In this document: positions 57,814-64,000 of the stretch, piece by piece
Layout of the letters: each line of letters begins with the position of its first letter
How positions within the stretch are numbered: position 1 is the stretch's first letter
Assembly: GCF_036321535.1 (NCBI RefSeq)
Contig: NC_087436.1
Coordinates: forward strand, 12,214,001 to 12,278,000
Length of the DNA stretch: 64,000 nucleotides
Direction: 5' to 3'
DNA from: Camelus dromedarius
Taxonomy: Eukaryota
The notes under the pieces: generated by a model
Told to the model about the DNA's origin: nothing
Databases searched by the model: none
The model's input: the letters and a program-made list of their open reading frames with translations, nothing else
Made by a program: the position numbers and the translations under genes

Positions 57814-58779
57814 GTATTTAAAGTTTTATAGTTTCTTCTATTCCGAACCAAAATAGTATATAAAAGTTTTAGCTGTTTTCATCAGTGTTGACCACAAGCA
57901 GATTTACCCACTTACTGTGAGAAGACCAGGCCTGGATACAGGGGCCTTTATATGCGTGGGTAATTTGTAACATAGATGCTTGCAAACTGGAACTGCCCAT
58001 TTCTAATTAATAAAAGAGTTCTAAAATTTTATGAAGTTTCATAAAAAGCATAGTTAATTCACTCTTCTACTGTTGGTAAAACAAATGAAGGTTAGTAAGT
58101 GACCCCATCTGTGGTCTGTCTGAGAGAATGTTCAGGAAGAGCCGACATTGCTTAATGGCCTGGATGTGGAGGGAGAGACTGGTTAATTTTTTGACAATAC
58201 AGAAAGATCAAAAGATTGGGTGATTGACCCCCATACAAATAGAAGGCAGCTTATCTCAGTAGATTGAATGAACCAAAATTCATCATTCTATTGTCTGAGT
58301 TTGAATATATCTACCCCAAGATGTCCTTGATCTTTTTAAATGGAATCTTTTTTGAAAACCAGGCAAAAACCAAAACTTTTCACAGATTACAATATTCTTT
58401 TAGAAGTAGAAATAGAAAATGATGAATACTTCATTGGCACTGAAGTACTGTAGAAATTGTAACGCTCCATTAATTTGAACTTCCCTGCTTAATGTATCTG
58501 TTGATTTGTGCAGCAAAGGTGAAGAATGGCTTTTCTCAATGCTCCCCTGTAGCTCACCTTGCCCTTCAGTTGCGTTGGCCGGCTGGAGTGGCATCTTATT
58601 AAGCATGTGCAAACTCTCACTTTTGATGGTCAATTCCCATAAATCTTTAGTTCCGCCTCCCTCCCTTCATCTCAGATAGTATACATATGGACTTTTCTAG
58701 AGACTTAGATTTGGTTTTAAAGAGTTCCAATCTCTATCTGAATTATTGGATTTTGTATAAAGATCACTGCACTTACCTA

Positions 58780-59260
58780 GAAGCTAGGGCGGTTAGACAT
58801 AAGTTACTCATAGATCATGTCACACCTCTGTTTACCATCGTCCACATGTTAAGAGTTTTCCTTGGGAAAGTTGAACTCTCTCTGGCACTCAGACCCTTTA
58901 CAGGTCCTCCCATCTCAGGGGTGTCGTATTTCTTAACGTTCTTTCTCTCTGTGACGCTCAACTCGCAGTTACCCACAGTTCCCTCACCTTCACTTCCTTC
59001 ATGTTTGGCTGAATGTTTGCTTCCAAGGGAGTTTTCCCTTCATCACTCTATTTAAAAGCTGTCCCATCAGTGGATAATCAATATCCATCTTCTCTTTCTT
59101 ATTATAGTACCTGTCACTCTCTCAGTTATCAGCCTTTCATTTAATGACTTTCTCCCTCCGTTAAAATGTGAAAATCAAAAGGGGAGTAATTTTTGTTTCT
59201 TTTATTTATTGCTATAAATCCAGGCCTATAACGACACTCAGTAAGTATTTCTTCAGGGAA
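58780..59260 (+). mobile_element. L2 3' fragment
   Basis: gatcatgtcacacctctgtttac...attgctataaatccaggcctataacgacactcagtaagtattt. Confidence 0.5.
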
Positions 59261-60328
59261 GAAATAAGGAGAACTAAAATGTTGTTCTTTTAATCTGCAG
59301 TTTAAGTACAGTTTGTTCATGTATAAATTTTGGAAAGAACCTGTCACGTCGTTCATCCCAATTTAAAAGACTTTTTAATAATTGTTGTCTCTTAATTTAA
59401 CATACTTTTATAAAAAGTATCTCTTTTGGGGAAAATCCTCATATACACACTCCATCCTCACCATCTGGAATAGTCTCCCAGTACTTTTAACTTTTAAGCT
59501 CAGTACTTTCCTTAGAGCTATAAATGTTGATATTTTTGCAAAATTAGACTGTATCTTTAGTAAACTAGGTTCAGAATTTTCAGTCATGCATATCAAGAAA
59601 AAGGGCAAGTTTCCATCACAACCTTGGATGCAGAACAACCCAGTGTCTGTAGCTTAGCATTGTCAGGGCATCACTCAGTTGTTTTGCCTTTTTTGTGTTG
59701 TTTTGGTTTGCTTTGTTTTTTTGCTTATCAATTTTACCATGAAGTTTTTACATTGTATGTATATGTGTGTGTTTGAGTGTGTATATGTGTCACAAAATTA
59801 TTTTGCTTTAAACTATTCTGAAATTTGACACTTTGTTTTTCCCTGTTCTTTTAAGAAGTACTGTAATTAGTGGACTTCTAAAACTACTTAGGTTAAATTA
59901 GCAGTTTAATTAAAAAATATCAATAGACATATTTTGTTTGACTTTTACAATTTTAGTAATCTAAAAATATTTATTATAAGCTGTTTTTAAGAAAATAGAT
60001 CTCTATGAGGAAGAGTTGTTTTACAAATTGGTAATGTAACTCTTTTTCGATCCTCAGAGACCAAAACAAAAAACATAGTGTACTTGATGGGGGATTATAC
60101 AGAATTTTAGATTTTTAAAAAACATATAATATACATTTCTAAGGAAGAAGTGAATGCTGTCACTGACTTTATACACATTAAACATTGCAGTTTTTTTCTA
60201 CTTTGATGAAAGTGTTTTGAAAGTCTGATATACTGTTTAAATCTCAACTCTGATATGTTTCTCCTTTGATTGACTCCAGTTTGAAAACAATAACCTATTT
60301 GTAAGGAATATACATGTTAATGTGGTGA

Positions 60329-60544
<216 letters not shown>

Positions 60545-61326
60545 TAAGCCACAGTTTACTCAGCTGTGTACTTGTCTCTCTCCATTCTGGCAAGGGACTG
60601 ACATATTCAGTTCAAAGTGACTAATCATAAAATGAAATAAGAGAGAACTCTGGAACACCCATTGGTATAATTAAAAACAAATTGTAGAAATCATATTTCA
60701 AGCACAAGGATAGTAAGCTTTTTTTTTTTGCGTTAATGAATAAAGGGCAAAAAGTGTGGTTGTTTTATACTTGCTGTTAAATAGTTGCATGACTTCATAG
60801 TCTTAATTATGTTTCCTTGCCAACGTAGAAAAAATATCCTTTATTTCAACTTCAGAATTGAGTCCTGAATGATTTCTTTTCTTGCAAGTACCGTCGTTAA
60901 CAGTATATAAATTTAAATTTTATTAGGTGGAATTTATAACTTTGTTGCAAAAAAATTAGTTCTAACCACAGTGCTAGTATGTTTGCTACTAGATAAAGTT
61001 GTGAAAAAAGATTAAAAGAAGGTCTTAATACAGTGTTCCAAGGAACACTAATGCTGTACTGGGCCAAGAAAGAAAAGTGTCTGCTTCCAAATTAGAAATA
61101 CTGCATATTCTATGCACCTGCTGTGTACTCAAAATGCTTTGAAATAGCTTGTATCAAAGATACACGCTTAACTTTGCTTAACACAGCTTTTCCTCCATTT
61201 TTCTGTCCATGGAAACCTCTTTTTACCTGATACTTAATCTGTAGAATTCACTTTCGGAAATGTTGTTCCAGGTACTAAGATCACAAGTGGTAAAATAATT
61301 ATAAAATTTTAATTGGCTGCCATTCT

Positions 61327-61702
61327 TTATTGTGTGCGTGTGTGTGGAGGGTAAACAAAGTTTATTCTAGGAAGAGCAACTCATTGAGGAGATTAAAACC
61401 ATTTTAAAGGTTACATATACTGTTTCTAAGAAGAGTTTAGAGCTGTAGCTTTTTAAACTTACATAGTTATCAAAGGAGTAAAGCCAACCACAAAATAAGA
61501 ATCAACAGAATGCGGTAATCCAGTCATAAAGGACAGTCAAATGTGCTTACACATATTCAAGAAATCAATCATCTAAATTATAAATAATAAGTAGTTCATT
61601 TGTGTCCTTTTTCTTTTTTTGGTTTCCACATATAAGCGATATCATACAGCATTTTTCTTTCTCTTTCTGGCTTGCTTCACTTAGAATGACGATCTCCAGG
61701 TT
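61327..61702 (-). mobile_element. 5'-truncated L1 insertion with a non-canonical 3' tail and 15-bp TSD
   Basis: L1 ORF2 end at ~61595-61700; unrelated ~250-nt tail; minus-strand AATAAA at 61361-61366; TSD attggctgccattct 61312-61326 / attggctgctattct 61703-61717. Confidence 0.82.
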
Positions 61703-64000
61703 ATTGGCTGCTATTCTAATTCAGAGATATGATGGGTATATTAATCATTGACATTTTACATAGATTCTTATGTTTAAGATTTAGTTCCATGCATTTAATT
61801 ATTGGGAAGTTATATTAAGTTTACTGTGATTATTGGTATCAGTCCAGGAAACTATCTTTGTAGCGTACAGTAGAGGGCTAACTAATTCATTAACAAAAAT
61901 GTAATATTTGCTCGTTGACATACAGTATAAAACCCTTTTGCTGAGCAAATTAACACTCAAGTGCAAGCAGAAAAAAAGTGAGTTGGTCGAATAAACTCAG
62001 AAAATAGCTAGGAAGTTGACAATTCAGTATGGGTTATGACATCTAATTCATTGATCGTTGGTCCAATCATTGATGGATTACCTAGAAAGAGAGTAAGAGT
62101 TTCTGAACTAAGATCTGGGGTATCTTGGTTTTAATGCAGAGAAGACAGGGTTGTACAACTGAATATTCCTTTTGAGTTTGGCTTATTTCCTTTCGTTAGA
62201 AATTGCTGGTGAATACAGCCAGTCAGAGGTGTTTGGCTACTTTTTACTCCAATATTTTACTCCTTATTGGTTTATGCTCAAAGCTCTGTTAAGATCTAAT
62301 CTGTCTTTTATAAAGCTATTCCTTAGAACGTAATCTTGAAAGGAGTACTGACTGGGTTCACACTAAGATGTACAAGGATGTGACTTGTCAGGTGGGACCC
62401 TGAGTCCCAAAGGGCAAGTTTCTGATAGGCAGGTAACAAATAGGAGGCAGACTGCAAATACTGTCACTTCTCTTTTGGTGATAATAGGAAATGTGTGCTT
62501 ATCAACTGGAAGGTGAACACCAATAACAATTTGTGTATTTTCAATTCCCTTAAAACAATATAAACTATTATTTTGTGGGACTTTGTAGGTGATAAAGAAC
62601 TTGTAACCCATTATTATATTTATCTACTTATATGTGCCAAATATATAGATTGGATTTGTATGTGAGAACTCAGTTACTTACTGTGCAGTCAGTGTACATG
62701 CATCATGAAAAAGCCCCAAACAGAAATAAAGGGATGTTTTTAAGCTCGTGGAATGAGGATAAGTTTCTTTCAGTTTAGAATTGTTTGCCTTGCCATTTCT
62801 TGCTCTTACTTTTAGAAGCAAATGAGGGAGGTCTCTGTATGCATTGCGATGTGAAGAAAAGATAGAATCCTTCACAGCCCTGACACTCTAATGATATAAG
62901 ACCCAGTCATCCATTTCCAGACCACACACACCCAGAAAGGATCAGGAAAGGGAAGGAAGAAAGGCTGCTCAACCCTGAGACTGACTAGGTGTCGGGACAC
63001 TGCTGTCCAAAGGCCAATCCCATGTCCTTCCAAAGGCTTCCATGCCTTTCTAGCATTAAAGGCATCTGAATGGACACCTGTTAATGCCACTTGCCCTACA
63101 TTACAATTCCTTGCGTCCTACATGCTGTCACGACATGAAACCTCCACGTGGGGCAGAGAACGGTCTTCATCTTTCCTTTATCCCAGTAGTCAAGACTCTG
63201 CTGTTGAAAGAGATCCTCTCCAGGGTATGTGAGCGGTGGTGCGTCTTCCCCTCTCCATGAATGATTCATGTGTTCTCTTGCTCTCTCTCTTTTTGGGGGC
63301 CTTTTTTTTTTTTTCCTGATTTTCTGAATGTATTTGCCTCTACTTTGATCTAATTTTAGGATTGCTTTCCTTTTTTATTTCTAAACCACTTAAATTTAAC
63401 TCTTCTGATAAAGTCTCTGGTCTTTATTTGCATTTTCTATTAATATAGTTTTTCTGTGGTCCCATGACTTTTTGGCTTATAACTACTTAACACTTATACC
63501 AACTTTCAACCAAAATATTCACTCAGTAAATCTTCTTTAATTAAATGTCAAGTAACATATTAAAACTAGGGAAAATGTAAAGTAAATTGGCATCAAAAAT
63601 AAAGGGACTTCTGAGGATTAGAATTTTCCCTGTTATATGAAAGTGCTTATGTGTTTGTAGATGAACACACATACGATCTCCGTTCACAAATTCAAAGGTG
63701 TCATGAAACACACAGTACCTATACAGAACACCCATATACACAGATGCACGTCTGTCTGGAGCGTGTAGGGATGGAAGGCCAGCTTCAGTGTGCATGGAGT
63801 TTGGATACTAGAAACTTTTTAACACTTGTTTCATTAAATTTACTTTTTCATTCATATAAGATTCTTTTTAGTTACCTAAAATATTTATCTCAGTTCCTGC
63901 TATAATTCTCTGAGACTCCAACTAGAATATTCTTGTTATATGTACTTGCATACACTTCTTGGCTAAAATATATTGCCAACATGCACAAAAAAAATTTAGC

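Overview
AT-rich mammalian genomic DNA, probably camelid (inferred from the tRNA-derived SINE type and L1 3' ends). The + strand carries seven internal coding exons of TLL1 (tolloid-like 1, astacin/BMP1-family metalloprotease), equivalent to exons 2-8: 36753-36863, 40453-40533, 42062-42214, 42727-42844, 48720-48898, 53827-53932 and 60361-60485. They splice via canonical AG/GT into an uninterrupted 873-nt frame encoding most of the prodomain, the RVPR furin site and the whole protease domain ([16 protein letters not shown]). Exon 1 and the CUB/EGF exons are outside the window; the first ~36.7 kb is presumably intron 1. The rest is interspersed repeats: several L1s with TSDs, a nested MaLR, L2/MIR relics, SINEs and MITEs. 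I see no convincing new biological system. The most unusual items are: (i) a non-canonical L1-associated 3' tail present twice, ~56 kb apart; (ii) a U6 snRNA-L1 chimeric retrocopy with a perfect 17-bp TSD; (iii) an L1 with an in-frame deletion of the whole RT region; (iv) candidate alternative processing signals in TLL1. Repeat family names are from visual recognition and old-repeat boundaries are approximate.
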